The notes under the pieces were generated by a model, which was not told the DNA's origin, searched no databases, and was given only the letters and a program-made list of their open reading frames with translations. A DNA stretch of 64,000 nucleotides from Alphaproteobacteria bacterium (lineage in GTDB: Bacteria > Pseudomonadota > Alphaproteobacteria > CADEGL01): NCBI GenBank assembly GCA_046153685.1, contig JBJXGH010000096.1, forward strand, positions 491 through 64,490. Reading direction: 5' to 3'. Each line of letters opens with the position of its first letter. Positions within the stretch are counted from its first letter, which is position 1. Position numbers and translations under genes: made by a program. This document shows, in pieces, positions 20,301 through 29,147 of the stretch.

Positions 20301-20609
20301 GTCATCGTTTGGCCCGACACCTTCGAGCGGTATCGCGCCGTCGTCCTGGGCGCGCGCCTCTTGTCGGTCGCCGGACGCGTGCAGCGCGAGGGCATCGTGA
20401 CGCACGTGATCGCCGAGACGCTCGCCGATTTAACCGGCCATCTCGCCGAGCTTGCCGATGCCGGTCTTGCCGGTGAAAGCGAGTCCGCAAACAGCGCGTT
20501 CTCCCGCGCGGGCCAGGTGCGTCAGACCCAAGGGCAAGCCGCTCGGCCGACCACGTCACCGTCCGGCGCGCTCGACGCTGCTGATTTCCCCTCACGGGAC
20601 TTCCACTGA
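17331..20609 (+). CDS. dnaE2: error-prone DNA polymerase DnaE2 (ImuC)
   Basis: 1092 aa; MARYAELQVSTNFSFLRGASHPEELV PHP-domain N-terminus; pol III alpha core. Confidence 0.9.
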   Translation: MARYAELQVSTNFSFLRGASHPEELVEAAKALGHDAIAVTDRNTLAGAVRMHGAAKAAGLRLVPGVRLDLIDSTSILCYPIDRKSYGRLCRLLTLGQRRAEKGACALHLRDALDHAEGQIIAILPPDSPGDWLPGDRSLAERTLAEWKSAVGDRCYLVGHRLYQGDDNRRLATLADLAARHGVPLLATNDVHAHIPGRRALQDALACIRAGTTIERAGSLLFAHEERHLKAPGEMARLFRHHPDAIARTAEIGARTRFSFDDLRYEYPTETLAGETPQQTLERETLAGAHARYGGEIPPKVQAQIAYELRLIGTLGYAPYFLTVHDIVRFARERKILCQGRGSAANSAICYCLGITAVDPSRLDLLFERFVSAERNEPPDIDVDFEHERREEVIQYIYAKYGRERAGIAATVIRYRARSAIRDVGKALGLSEDMTGALAGTVWGWSGDAIRPEWLRETGFDPTDPRLGTAIDLARALIGFPRHLSQHVGGFVITRGPLEEVVPIGNAAMADRTFIEWDKDDLDMLGILKIDILALGMLTCIRKAFASIEAETGERLSLATLPAEDPAVYDMLCRADSIGVFQVESRAQMSFLPRMKPRNFYDLVIQVAIVRPGPIQGDMVHPYLRRRNGEELVELPSEELRQVLGKTLGVPLFQEQAMRIAIVAAGFTPPEADRLRRAMASFRKTGQIHIFRAKMIEGMTARGYDRAFAERCFRQIEGFGEYGFPESHAASFALLVYVSAWLKCRHPAAFACALLNSQPMGFYAPAQIVRDALEHGVEVLPIDANASAWDCTLETSPQCASPALRLGLRQIKGFAEADARRLLAARGAGYRDPRALWLRARLTLAVLENLARADSYRSMGLDRRQALWAIKALGASPLPLLSRIEDEAHEPTTQLVAPTKLPAMALLPAMTMGEQIMADYASLRLSLRAHPLTLLRARLDRDGIVPCAHLAAIESGRRTRVAGIVLVRQRPGSANGVIFATLEDETGIANVIVWPDTFERYRAVVLGARLLSVAGRVQREGIVTHVIAETLADLTGHLAELADAGLAGESESANSAFSRAGQVRQTQGQAARPTTSPSGALDAADFPSRDFH

Positions 20610-20656
20610 ATCGGGCGACGCCCCGAATCGGAAGATGTCCCGAATCGGACGATCCC
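20606..20656 (+). repeat. tandem ~17-nt direct repeats (CCCGAATCGGA[A/C]GAT..), 2.5 copies
   Basis: ctgaatcgggcgacg / ccccgaatcggaagatgt / cccgaatcggacgatcc spanning the dnaE2 stop; followed by an AT-rich stretch. Confidence 0.6.
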
Positions 20657-20730
20657 CGGTCAACTCATTTGCCTCCCAAAAGAAATATCCTTAGGTTTTA
20701 TAGGTACTCAATCTTAGAAAGGATGAAGCG

Positions 20731-21159
20731 ATGACGGTTGCCGCCACCCTGCATACGCTGGCGGTCGCGGTGCTTATAGGCGGCATATGCTTTATGTATT
20801 TTGTCATGCGCCCAGCAGCCGCGAGCGTCGATCCCGGCGTGCGCCTGCCGCTTTGGCGCCGGGCATTCCAATATTTCCTACCATGGCTCATCACCGCGGC
20901 GCTCGTGCTGCCAGCGAGCGGCTACTACATGATCGCGACGGAAACCGCTTCGCCCAATGGCAATATCCATCTCAAGCATTTGGCAAGCTGGCTCGCGAAT
21001 ATCCTCCTGATTTACGCCTATCTCGTGCCGTACCGCCGGATGGAAACCGCCATGGGCCAGGGCGAGCGCCCACGCGCGGCGCGCCAACTTGCCCGAATCC
21101 ACTTCATCATGCTCTGCGCCTTGATCGCCCTAGTGATCGCGGCCATCCTTAGCGCCTAA
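20731..21159 (+). CDS. hypothetical integral membrane protein (4 predicted TM helices)
   Basis: 142 aa, hydrophobic segments; AT-rich promoter-like region and aaaggatgaagcgATG RBS upstream. Confidence 0.5.
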   Translation: MTVAATLHTLAVAVLIGGICFMYFVMRPAAASVDPGVRLPLWRRAFQYFLPWLITAALVLPASGYYMIATETASPNGNIHLKHLASWLANILLIYAYLVPYRRMETAMGQGERPRAARQLARIHFIMLCALIALVIAAILSA

Positions 21160-21249
21160 CCGGCTCATCGCTTGATCGCGACGCCGCCCGGCGCTTGCGC
21201 TGCGCGGATGCAACTCGACTAAGTTAGCCATCGAATTCAGGAACCAGCC

Positions 21250-22305
21250 ATGCGTCCCACCATCCGCGTTGCCGAAACCGATCTCCTGCATTTCGCCCAA
21301 GCACTTCTTGCGGCAGCGGGGGCATCGGAGGAAAACGCGCGCGACGCAGCGGAAATCTTCGTCGAGGCGGATCTGAAGGGCGTCGGTCCCCAAGGCGTCG
21401 ATTATCTCTATTACATCGTGGACAGCCTCAAGCGCGGCCTCATAGACGGTCGGGCACGGCCGCGTCTTGCGCGCGAGACCGCCTCGACCGCGCTCATCGA
21501 CGGCCAGCGCGGCTTCGGCCAGCCGGCAGCGCTCATGGCGGTCGAGATCGCAACCGCAAAGGCGCGCGCCAGCGGCACGGCCACGGTCGCCATCGGCAAT
21601 TCAACCGATATTTTCATGATCGGTGCCTATGCCGAGCGCTTGGCGGCGCAGGGCCTCATCGGCTTGGTCATGACGTCCGGCCCCCCGCTCGTCCATCCGC
21701 ACGGCGGCACCGAGCGCGTGATGTCGACCAATCCCCTCGCCTTCGCCTTTCCGCGTGCGGGCAGCGATCCTTTCGTTCACGACATGGCGACCAGCGCCTA
21801 CTCGTCCTCGCGCGTGCGCCAGGCGGCCTATCACGGCGAGCAACTGGCACCCGGCGCAGGCGTGGGACCGGATGGGGTTGCCACGACCGACGCCGCCACC
21901 ATCCGCAAAGGCGCCATAGCACCCATGGCCGAACATAGGGGCTTCGGCCTCGGCTTGGCGGTGGCACTGCTTTGCGGCCCGCTTTCCGGTTCGGGTGTCG
22001 GACTCGATCTCGGCGGCTGGCAACACGACGGCGAAACTCAGTCGCAGGGCCATTTCGTCCACGCCTGGGATCCCGCCGCATTCGGCGACCCGGCGGCGTT
22101 CGTCGCGGGCTGCGAACGCTATTTTGCGCAAATCAAGGCATCGAGGAAGGCACCGGGCACGACCGAGATCCGCATACCGGGCGAGCGCGCCGCCGCGGCG
22201 CGCCGCCTACAACGTCAGAACGGCATCGAGGTCCTGGCCGCGACTTGGGCCAAACTTGGCGGCTATGCGCGCGAGCTTGGCCTTGCCATGCCGAGGACCA
22301 CCTGA
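21250..22305 (+). CDS. Ldh family oxidoreductase (malate/L-lactate dehydrogenase family 2)
   Basis: 351 aa; Ldh_2 family pattern. Confidence 0.75.
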   Translation: MRPTIRVAETDLLHFAQALLAAAGASEENARDAAEIFVEADLKGVGPQGVDYLYYIVDSLKRGLIDGRARPRLARETASTALIDGQRGFGQPAALMAVEIATAKARASGTATVAIGNSTDIFMIGAYAERLAAQGLIGLVMTSGPPLVHPHGGTERVMSTNPLAFAFPRAGSDPFVHDMATSAYSSSRVRQAAYHGEQLAPGAGVGPDGVATTDAATIRKGAIAPMAEHRGFGLGLAVALLCGPLSGSGVGLDLGGWQHDGETQSQGHFVHAWDPAAFGDPAAFVAGCERYFAQIKASRKAPGTTEIRIPGERAAAARRLQRQNGIEVLAATWAKLGGYARELGLAMPRTT

Positions 22306-23430
22306 ATGAACGCGCTGACGATCGACCGCGTCCGCGCGTACGCCGTCGGCCCACCCGTCGAGCGCTATCGCTGGGCGCATGACATGAAACCGCAATTCGT
22401 GACGCTCACCCTGCTGCGCGTCACGACCAAGGGCGGATTGGAAGGCATCGGCGCCGAAATGACCTATGGCGGTCTCGGCTTCGATGCAACGCTCGCCGAA
22501 ACCTTGCGCCTCTTGGCTCCCGCCCTTCTGGGCCGCAACGCTCTCGACCGCGCCCCCCTTCGGGCGCATGTTTTGCACGAGGGCGGCGGCGCATCGAGCC
22601 AGGCGCTCGGCATGATGGATATCGCGCTTTGGGACATCGCCGGTCGGCATGCCGGACTGCCTATCTGGAAAATGCTCGGCGGCGCGCGGGAAACCATTCC
22701 CGCCTATGCCAGCACCAATACCCTCGATCACCCGCAAGCTTATGTCGATCACGTGGCGGAAATCCTCGAACTTGGGTACACGGCCATCAAGTTCCATTGC
22801 TTTTGCGATTACGCGCAGGATGTGCAGCTGGTGGAGGCGGTGCACAAGGCGCATGGCTCCAAGGGTCTGCGCCTGATGCTTGACGTCGAGCAGCGTTATA
22901 GCCGCGAGGAGGCGTTGCGCATGGCGCACCGCCTCGAGGAATTGGACTACGCTTGGTTCGAGGCACCGATGCCCGATGTCGATTTGGCGGGATATGCCGA
23001 GCTTCGCCGCCGCACCTCGCTGCCGATCCTGCCGGCGGGCAACAGCATCTTAGCCTTGCCGATTCTCGCACGTGCCTTGGAGATGGGGTGCTGGAGCGCA
23101 TTGCGGGTCGCTGCGACGCGAATGGGCGGAATCGGGGAAGCGGCGAAGGCCGTCGCCCTGGCCGAAGCCCACAATTTGCCGGCCGAACTCCAAAGCTGGG
23201 GCTACACGCCCGTGCAAGCCACCAATCTTCACCTCATGCTCGGGCTCGGCAGAACCGCCTATTTCGAGCAACCCTATCCCTATTCCGCGCTCGAGTACGG
23301 CGCCAAGACCGTCATCCGCCCCGATGCCAAAGGCTTGGTGCGCGCGCCCGAAGGCAACGGCCTGGGCATCGAGATGGATTGGGACGCTATCGCGAGCGCC
23401 GCCATCACCAGCTACGATTCCAGCGTCTAA
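22306..23430 (+). CDS. mandelate racemase/muconate lactonizing enzyme family protein (enolase superfamily)
   Basis: 374 aa; ATG directly abuts the Ldh_2 stop (TGAATG); MR/MLE N- and C-domain pattern. Confidence 0.75.
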   Translation: MNALTIDRVRAYAVGPPVERYRWAHDMKPQFVTLTLLRVTTKGGLEGIGAEMTYGGLGFDATLAETLRLLAPALLGRNALDRAPLRAHVLHEGGGASSQALGMMDIALWDIAGRHAGLPIWKMLGGARETIPAYASTNTLDHPQAYVDHVAEILELGYTAIKFHCFCDYAQDVQLVEAVHKAHGSKGLRLMLDVEQRYSREEALRMAHRLEELDYAWFEAPMPDVDLAGYAELRRRTSLPILPAGNSILALPILARALEMGCWSALRVAATRMGGIGEAAKAVALAEAHNLPAELQSWGYTPVQATNLHLMLGLGRTAYFEQPYPYSALEYGAKTVIRPDAKGLVRAPEGNGLGIEMDWDAIASAAITSYDSSV

Positions 23431-23473
23431 ATCTCGCCGTCCGAAGCTCAACGTCTTAACCAAGAGCACAAAC

Positions 23474-24109
23474 ATGGACCGCAAGGTCGCGGGCGCGCCC
23501 CGCCTCATGCGCACCGACGTGGAGATCGTTGAAAAATCCACTCCGTTCCAAGGCTATTTCCGCATCGACCGCTATCGCCTCCGGCACAAATTATTCGCCG
23601 GTGGCTGGAGCGAGGTCTTTTCGCGCGAGGTCTTCGAACGCGGACATGCGGTCGCCGTGCTGCCATACGATCCGGTGCGCGATGAGGTGGTGCTGATCGA
23701 GCAGTTCCGCGCCGGCGCCTATGCCGCCGGACGCGGCCCTTGGCTGGTCGAATTGGTCGCGGGCATCATCGAGCCCGGCGAAGAACCCGAAGCGGTCGCA
23801 CGGCGCGAGACGAAGGAAGAAGCGGGGCTCGAAGTGCGCGCCCTCGAACCGGTTGCCGATTATCTCGCCAGCCCCGGCGGCATGAGCCATTGGGTAAAGG
23901 TCTATGTCGGCCAGGTGGATGCAACTGGCGTGGGCGGCATCCACGGCCTGGCGGACGAGCAAGAGGATATCCGGGTCGAGGCCCTGCCTCTGCTTGATGG
24001 CTTCGAACTCATCGCGACGGGACGGGTTTGCGACGCGGCCACGATCATCCCGCTGCAATGGCTCATGTTGAACCGCGACGATCTTCGCCGACGCTGGGGG
24101 GCTGCTTGA
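23474..24109 (+). CDS. nudF: ADP-ribose pyrophosphatase (Nudix hydrolase)
   Basis: In-frame ATG at 23474 (track ORF starts 23072); Nudix box RRETKEEAGLEV. Confidence 0.75.
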   Translation: MDRKVAGAPRLMRTDVEIVEKSTPFQGYFRIDRYRLRHKLFAGGWSEVFSREVFERGHAVAVLPYDPVRDEVVLIEQFRAGAYAAGRGPWLVELVAGIIEPGEEPEAVARRETKEEAGLEVRALEPVADYLASPGGMSHWVKVYVGQVDATGVGGIHGLADEQEDIRVEALPLLDGFELIATGRVCDAATIIPLQWLMLNRDDLRRRWGAA

Positions 24110-24169
24110 TCGGTCGCCGCGCGCGAACTAGCTTCACGGGCATAAACTCAGGACCGTCCAAGGAACATC

Positions 24170-25210
24170 ATGGACACGCGCAGCGATTTTCCGGACGCCA
24201 TCGGCAATACCCCGCTCATTCGCTTGCGGCGCGCCTCCGAGGCTACGGGCTGCGAAATTTTCGGCAAGGCTGAGTTCATGAATCCCGGCCAATCGGTCAA
24301 GGATCGCGCCGCCCTGTTCATCGTCAAGGATGCCGAGGAACGGGGCGTGCTTCGCCACGGCGGCACGATCGTAGAAGGCACCGCCGGAAACACGGGCATC
24401 GGGCTCGCCCTCGTCGCAAACGCGCGCGGCTATCGCACCGTCATCGTCATCCCCGACACCCAGTCCCAGGAAAAAAAGGACGCCCTGCGCCTGTTCGGCG
24501 CCGAATTGGTCGAAGTTCCAGCCGTGCCCTACAAAAATCCAAACAACTACGTCCACATTTCCGAACGCATCGCGCGGCGCCTCGCCAAAAGCGAGAAAAA
24601 CGGCGCGATCTGGGCACAACAATTCGACAACCAGGCCAATCGGCGCGCCCATTTCGAAACCACCGGTCCTGAAATCTGGCGTCAAACCTCGGGCAAGATC
24701 GACGGATTCATATGCGCCGTCGGTACCGGCGGCACGCTTGCCGGAACCGGCATGTTTCTCAAATCGAAAAATGCGGCCATTCGCGTCGGCCTCGCCGATC
24801 CCATGGGCGCGGCGCTGTACAGCTATTACACGACGGGCGCACTCAAATCCGAAGGCTCTTCCATCGCCGAAGGCATCGGTCAGGGACGCATCACCAAGAA
24901 TCTCGAGGACGCCCCGATAGACATGGCCTTTCAAATTCCCGACGAAGAAGCCCTTCCCATCGTGTTCGACCTGATGGAGCACGAGGGGCTCTGCCTGGGC
25001 GCGTCCAGCGGCATCAACGTCGCCGGCGCGATCCGCCTCGCCAAGGCGTTGGGGCCGGGCCATACGATCGTCACGGTGTTGTGCGATTACGGCACGCGCT
25101 ATCAAAGCAAGTTGTTCAATCCGACTTTTCTGCGCGAGAAAAAACTACCGCTGCCGCGCTGGCTCGCTGATGCTCGTGCGCCCATCGCCATTCCCTTCGA
25201 GGCCGGCTGA
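24170..25210 (+). CDS. cysteine synthase family PLP-dependent enzyme (CysK/CysM/CBS-like)
   Basis: 346 aa; IGNTPLIRL...SVKDR lysine motif, GTAGNTGIGLA, GTGGT. Confidence 0.8.
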   Translation: MDTRSDFPDAIGNTPLIRLRRASEATGCEIFGKAEFMNPGQSVKDRAALFIVKDAEERGVLRHGGTIVEGTAGNTGIGLALVANARGYRTVIVIPDTQSQEKKDALRLFGAELVEVPAVPYKNPNNYVHISERIARRLAKSEKNGAIWAQQFDNQANRRAHFETTGPEIWRQTSGKIDGFICAVGTGGTLAGTGMFLKSKNAAIRVGLADPMGAALYSYYTTGALKSEGSSIAEGIGQGRITKNLEDAPIDMAFQIPDEEALPIVFDLMEHEGLCLGASSGINVAGAIRLAKALGPGHTIVTVLCDYGTRYQSKLFNPTFLREKKLPLPRWLADARAPIAIPFEAG

Positions 25211-25222
25211 AGGAGGCAATCC

Positions 25223-26068
25223 ATGGCAAAAACCGCCGCCTTGGTATCGACGGATTTTCTCGCGACCGAACTTGGCGCGGCGGATTTGCGAATCCTCGAC
25301 GCCTCCTGGTATCTCCCACAGCACAAGCGCGACCCCAAGGCCGAATACTTGGAACGCCATATTCCCGGCGCGGTGTATTTCGACATCGACGCGATCTCCG
25401 ACGCCTCCGTTCCCCTGCCCCATACCTTTCCCGCGCCCGAGCAATTTTCCGCGCAAGTCGGCGCCCTCGGCATAGGCGATGGCGACCGCGTTGTCTGCTA
25501 TGACGGCATGGGGCTGTTCAGCGCGGCGCGCGCCTGGTGGATGCTCCGCGCCATGGGCCACACCCATGTCGCCGTGCTCGACGGCGGCTTGCCGAAATGG
25601 CTTGGCGAGGGCCGGGCCACGCAAAGCGGCAAGGCCGATCCCCTGCCGAGACGGTTCACGGCACGCCCCGACCGTTCGCTCATTCGCCATCTCGATCAGA
25701 TGCGCGCGAATCTCGCGACCAAGGCCGAGCAGGTGCTTGATGCCCGGGCACGCGGTCGATTCACCGGCGCCGAGCCAGAGCCGCGCCCCGGAGTGCGGGG
25801 GGGGCACATCCCCGGCGCGCGCAACCTACCCTATAACGAGCTGATCGACCCCAAGACCGGCACTCTGCTGTCGCAAGCGCAATTGCGCCGGCTTTTCGAG
25901 GCGGTCGGAATCGACCTCGCGAAACCCATCGTCACGAGCTGCGGCTCCGGGATCACGGCCTCGGCTCTGGCGCTCGGCCTCTACCTCGCCGGACGGCCCG
26001 ATATCGCCGTTTACGACGGCTCGTGGAGCGAGTGGGGCGCGCGTACCGATACCCCCGTCCAGACGTGA
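25223..26068 (+). CDS. sseA: 3-mercaptopyruvate sulfurtransferase (tandem rhodanese)
   Basis: 281 aa; two rhodanese domains, active-site CGSGITA. Confidence 0.85.
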   Translation: MAKTAALVSTDFLATELGAADLRILDASWYLPQHKRDPKAEYLERHIPGAVYFDIDAISDASVPLPHTFPAPEQFSAQVGALGIGDGDRVVCYDGMGLFSAARAWWMLRAMGHTHVAVLDGGLPKWLGEGRATQSGKADPLPRRFTARPDRSLIRHLDQMRANLATKAEQVLDARARGRFTGAEPEPRPGVRGGHIPGARNLPYNELIDPKTGTLLSQAQLRRLFEAVGIDLAKPIVTSCGSGITASALALGLYLAGRPDIAVYDGSWSEWGARTDTPVQT

Positions 26069-26154
26069 TCATCCGCGATTTCACCGGCATCACCGTGATC
26101 GGCGGCGAGCGCGCCGTCCGCGACGAAGCGCCCTTGCCCGAGGGCAAGCTACGC

Positions 26155-26694
26155 ATGACCATCACCTATCTTGAAATGTCGGAAGCGCCGGGCCCGGCTC
26201 CGCCCGCGCCGCGCGGGCGCAAGATCGCGCTGATGCGTGCCGATCCCATGACCGTGTCGTTCTATCGCTATCTCTACAACACGGTGGGTGAATCGCATCT
26301 GTGGTATGAGCGCCGGGCCATGACGGATGAACAATTGGGCGCCATCATCGGCAACGAAGACGTCGAAATTTACGTCCTCTATGTCGGCGGCGTGCCTGCG
26401 GGCTATGCCGAACTCGACCGCCGCAAGTCGCCTGATATCGAGCTTGCCTATTTCGGCCTCGTGGCCGAATTCGTGGGGCAGGGCCTGGGGCGTTACCTCC
26501 TGGGCTGGGCGGCCGAGGCCGCGTGGCGCCACCAACCGCGCCGCCTGCTGGTGAACACCAATAATTTCGACCACCCCCGCGCCTTGCCGAATTACCAGAA
26601 GGTCGGTTTCGTGCCGGTGCGCCAGGATGTTCTGGTGTTCGACGATCCGCGCCTGAACGGCCTCATACCACCCCACATCGTGGTTCGCGGCTAA
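26155..26694 (+). CDS. GNAT family N-acetyltransferase
   Basis: Start set at MTITYLEM downstream of the sseA stop; the ORF-track start at 26023 overlaps sseA. Confidence 0.6.
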   Translation: MTITYLEMSEAPGPAPPAPRGRKIALMRADPMTVSFYRYLYNTVGESHLWYERRAMTDEQLGAIIGNEDVEIYVLYVGGVPAGYAELDRRKSPDIELAYFGLVAEFVGQGLGRYLLGWAAEAAWRHQPRRLLVNTNNFDHPRALPNYQKVGFVPVRQDVLVFDDPRLNGLIPPHIVVRG

Positions 26695-26721
26695 ATTCGC
26701 CGCGCGCCCAGGAGTCGCGCC

Positions 26722-27894
26722 ATGACGCTGTTCGAACGCTCCGAGTACCTCGAACGAATCGCCCGCACGAAGAAAAGCATGGCCGCCCGCGGCCTCGACG
26801 TGCTGCTTGTGGCCAGCCCGGCGAACCAGTTCTATCTCACGGGCTATGACGGCTGGTCCTTCTACACCCCGCAGATGGTCGTGGTCGCCCGCGACATCGA
26901 AGAGCCCCTCATTTTCGTGCGCAAGATGGATGCGGTCGGCGCCAAGTTCACCGCCTTCGTCAAGGATGAGAACGTCGTTCCCTATCCCGATGGCTATGTC
27001 GCCTCCGCCGAACGCCACCCGATCGAGCTTCTGGTTCAGCTCGTCAAGGACCGCAAATGGGACAAATCGCGCATTGGCGTCGAAAAGGACGAGTATTATT
27101 ACACCGCGCGCTGGCACGAGATTTTGACCCACGGCCTGCCCAACGCCCGATTCGAGGATGCGTTCCTATTGGTCAATTGGGCCCGCATGAGGAAATCGGC
27201 GCGCGAAATCGAATTCATGATGCAGGCCGGACGCATCGCGGGCGCCGCCATGCAGGCCGCAATCGACAAGGCCGAGGCTGGGGTTCGGCAATGCGACGTG
27301 ATGGCCGAGTTGTACAAGGTCACCACCGGCGGCACGCCCGAGCACGGCGGTACATTTCCCTGCAAGCCGCCGAACGCCATGGTGGGCGAGTTGTGCTCGG
27401 CGCCGCATCTATCGTGGACCGACGCTCCGCTCGAGCGCGGGGAGATTTTTTACATCGAAATGGGCGGCGTCCGGCATCGCTATCACTCGCCGCTATCGCG
27501 CTGCGTGCATATCGGCGCGGCGCCCGCGAAATTGACCGAGACCACGCGCGTCATCGCCGAAGGCCTGAACGCGGTGCTTGAAACCGCGAAGCCCGGCGCG
27601 CGCTGCGAGGAACTCGAGGCCGCCTGGAAGCGGACCATCGCCAGGTACGGCTTCGAGAAGGATTCCCGCATTGGCTATCCGGTCGGCATCGGCTATCCCC
27701 CGACCTGGGGCGAACTGACCTGTTCGTTCCGCGCCGGCGACAAGACCGTTCTCGAGGAAGGCATGACCTTCCATTGCATCCCCGCCCTCTGGCTGGACAA
27801 GTATGGCCTTGTCGTGAGCGAGACTTTCGTCGTCACCGCAAACGGCGCCAAGACCTTCGCCGACTTTCCCAGATCATTGTTCGAGAAGGCCTGA
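26722..27894 (+). CDS. M24 family metallopeptidase (creatinase/ectoine-hydrolase-like), paralog of 9098..10300
   Basis: 390 aa; same domain order as the upstream M24 gene (..YPVGIGYPPTWGE..). Confidence 0.8.
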   Translation: MTLFERSEYLERIARTKKSMAARGLDVLLVASPANQFYLTGYDGWSFYTPQMVVVARDIEEPLIFVRKMDAVGAKFTAFVKDENVVPYPDGYVASAERHPIELLVQLVKDRKWDKSRIGVEKDEYYYTARWHEILTHGLPNARFEDAFLLVNWARMRKSAREIEFMMQAGRIAGAAMQAAIDKAEAGVRQCDVMAELYKVTTGGTPEHGGTFPCKPPNAMVGELCSAPHLSWTDAPLERGEIFYIEMGGVRHRYHSPLSRCVHIGAAPAKLTETTRVIAEGLNAVLETAKPGARCEELEAAWKRTIARYGFEKDSRIGYPVGIGYPPTWGELTCSFRAGDKTVLEEGMTFHCIPALWLDKYGLVVSETFVVTANGAKTFADFPRSLFEKA

Positions 27895-28017
27895 TCGACC
27901 GCGGTGCGGCTGGCCTTGGTCGATCTCTTCCATGGCCTTAGACATTAGACACGACGCGTACAACATGGTCGGCGCCGCGGCCGGCGCGTGGAATTCCCGC
28001 CAGCCGTTCCGTAAGCC

Positions 28018-28998
28018 CTAGCCTCGCTCGCTCCGGGTCTTGACGAGCGAGAACGCAACCCCGCCGGCCAGCAGGCCGATGGTCACGCCGAGCGAAATTT
28101 CGGTGGGAATTTTCCCGAGAATATCGGCGAAGAAGATCTTTCCCCCAACGAACACGAGAATGAGGCCAAGCGCTTTCTCAAGGTAACGGAAGCGGTGAAT
28201 GGCCGCAGCGAGCGCGAAGTACAGTGCACGCAGCCCCAGAACCGCGAAAATATTGCTCGTATAAACGATGAACGGATCGGTCGTGACGGCAAAAATCGCC
28301 GGCACGCTATCGACCGCGAACACCAGGTCCGCACCCTCGACCAGCATGAGACACAAGAACAGCGGCGTCGCATAAAGCAATGTCTTGCCCGGGCGAGCGG
28401 GGTCGGGCTTGCGCACGAAAAAGCGATGCCCCTCAAGCGTCTCGGTCACCCGCATATGCCCACGCAGATATTTCAACAGCGGATTGTTCGCTAGATCGGG
28501 CTTGTGATCCCCCCGCACCAGCATCTTGATGCCCGTGAACACGAGAAATGCCCCGAAGACGTAAAGGATCCAGGAAAACTCCTGCACCAATGCGGCGCCG
28601 ACGCCGATGAGCACGGCGCGGAACACGATGACGCCCAGAAGGCCCCAGAACAACACGCGGTACTGATATTCCCGCGGGATGGCGAAGAAGCCGAAAATCA
28701 GCGCCATCACGAAGATATTGTCGACCGACAAACTCCATTCGATGAGATAGCCGGTGAGGTATTCAAGGCCCGCCTCGGGGCCGAGCTCAGCCCACACCCA
28801 GCCGCCGAAAGCCAAGGCAATGGCCATGTAACCGGCAGACAGAAGAACGCTCTCGCGAACTCCGATTTCGCGACTCGAACGATGGAGCAGGCCAAGATCG
28901 AGGAATAGAAGCGTCACTACGATGGCGAGAAAGACCAGCCAGAACCAGGCTTCCTTGCCGAGAAAAGTTCCAAAAATAAAGGGATCTAGGAAATCCAA
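28018..28998 (-). CDS. TerC family membrane protein
   Basis: 326 aa polytopic; TerC signature SVDNIFV. Confidence 0.85.
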   Translation of the reverse strand: MDFLDPFIFGTFLGKEAWFWLVFLAIVVTLLFLDLGLLHRSSREIGVRESVLLSAGYMAIALAFGGWVWAELGPEAGLEYLTGYLIEWSLSVDNIFVMALIFGFFAIPREYQYRVLFWGLLGVIVFRAVLIGVGAALVQEFSWILYVFGAFLVFTGIKMLVRGDHKPDLANNPLLKYLRGHMRVTETLEGHRFFVRKPDPARPGKTLLYATPLFLCLMLVEGADLVFAVDSVPAIFAVTTDPFIVYTSNIFAVLGLRALYFALAAAIHRFRYLEKALGLILVFVGGKIFFADILGKIPTEISLGVTIGLLAGGVAFSLVKTRSERG

Positions 28999-29147
28999 GG
29001 GGCGCCCTCCAATGAAGCATAATGGCCATCAAACAGCGCCGACATCGCGGCGCATTCGCACCGCCAGAGGGGCCCGGCACTGATTGCCAATTTTGAGGCG
29101 CGCGATTGGCGCCGTCAAGTCTGGCCTAGGATAACTTTGCGCCGATC

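Noticed and set aside
28999-29147. Possible yybP-ykoY (Mn) riboswitch in the TerC leader
   Set aside because: TerC genes often carry it, but the conserved GGGGAGUA and 3' elements were not seen; only a short inverted repeat (GCCAAT..ATTGGC) is present.
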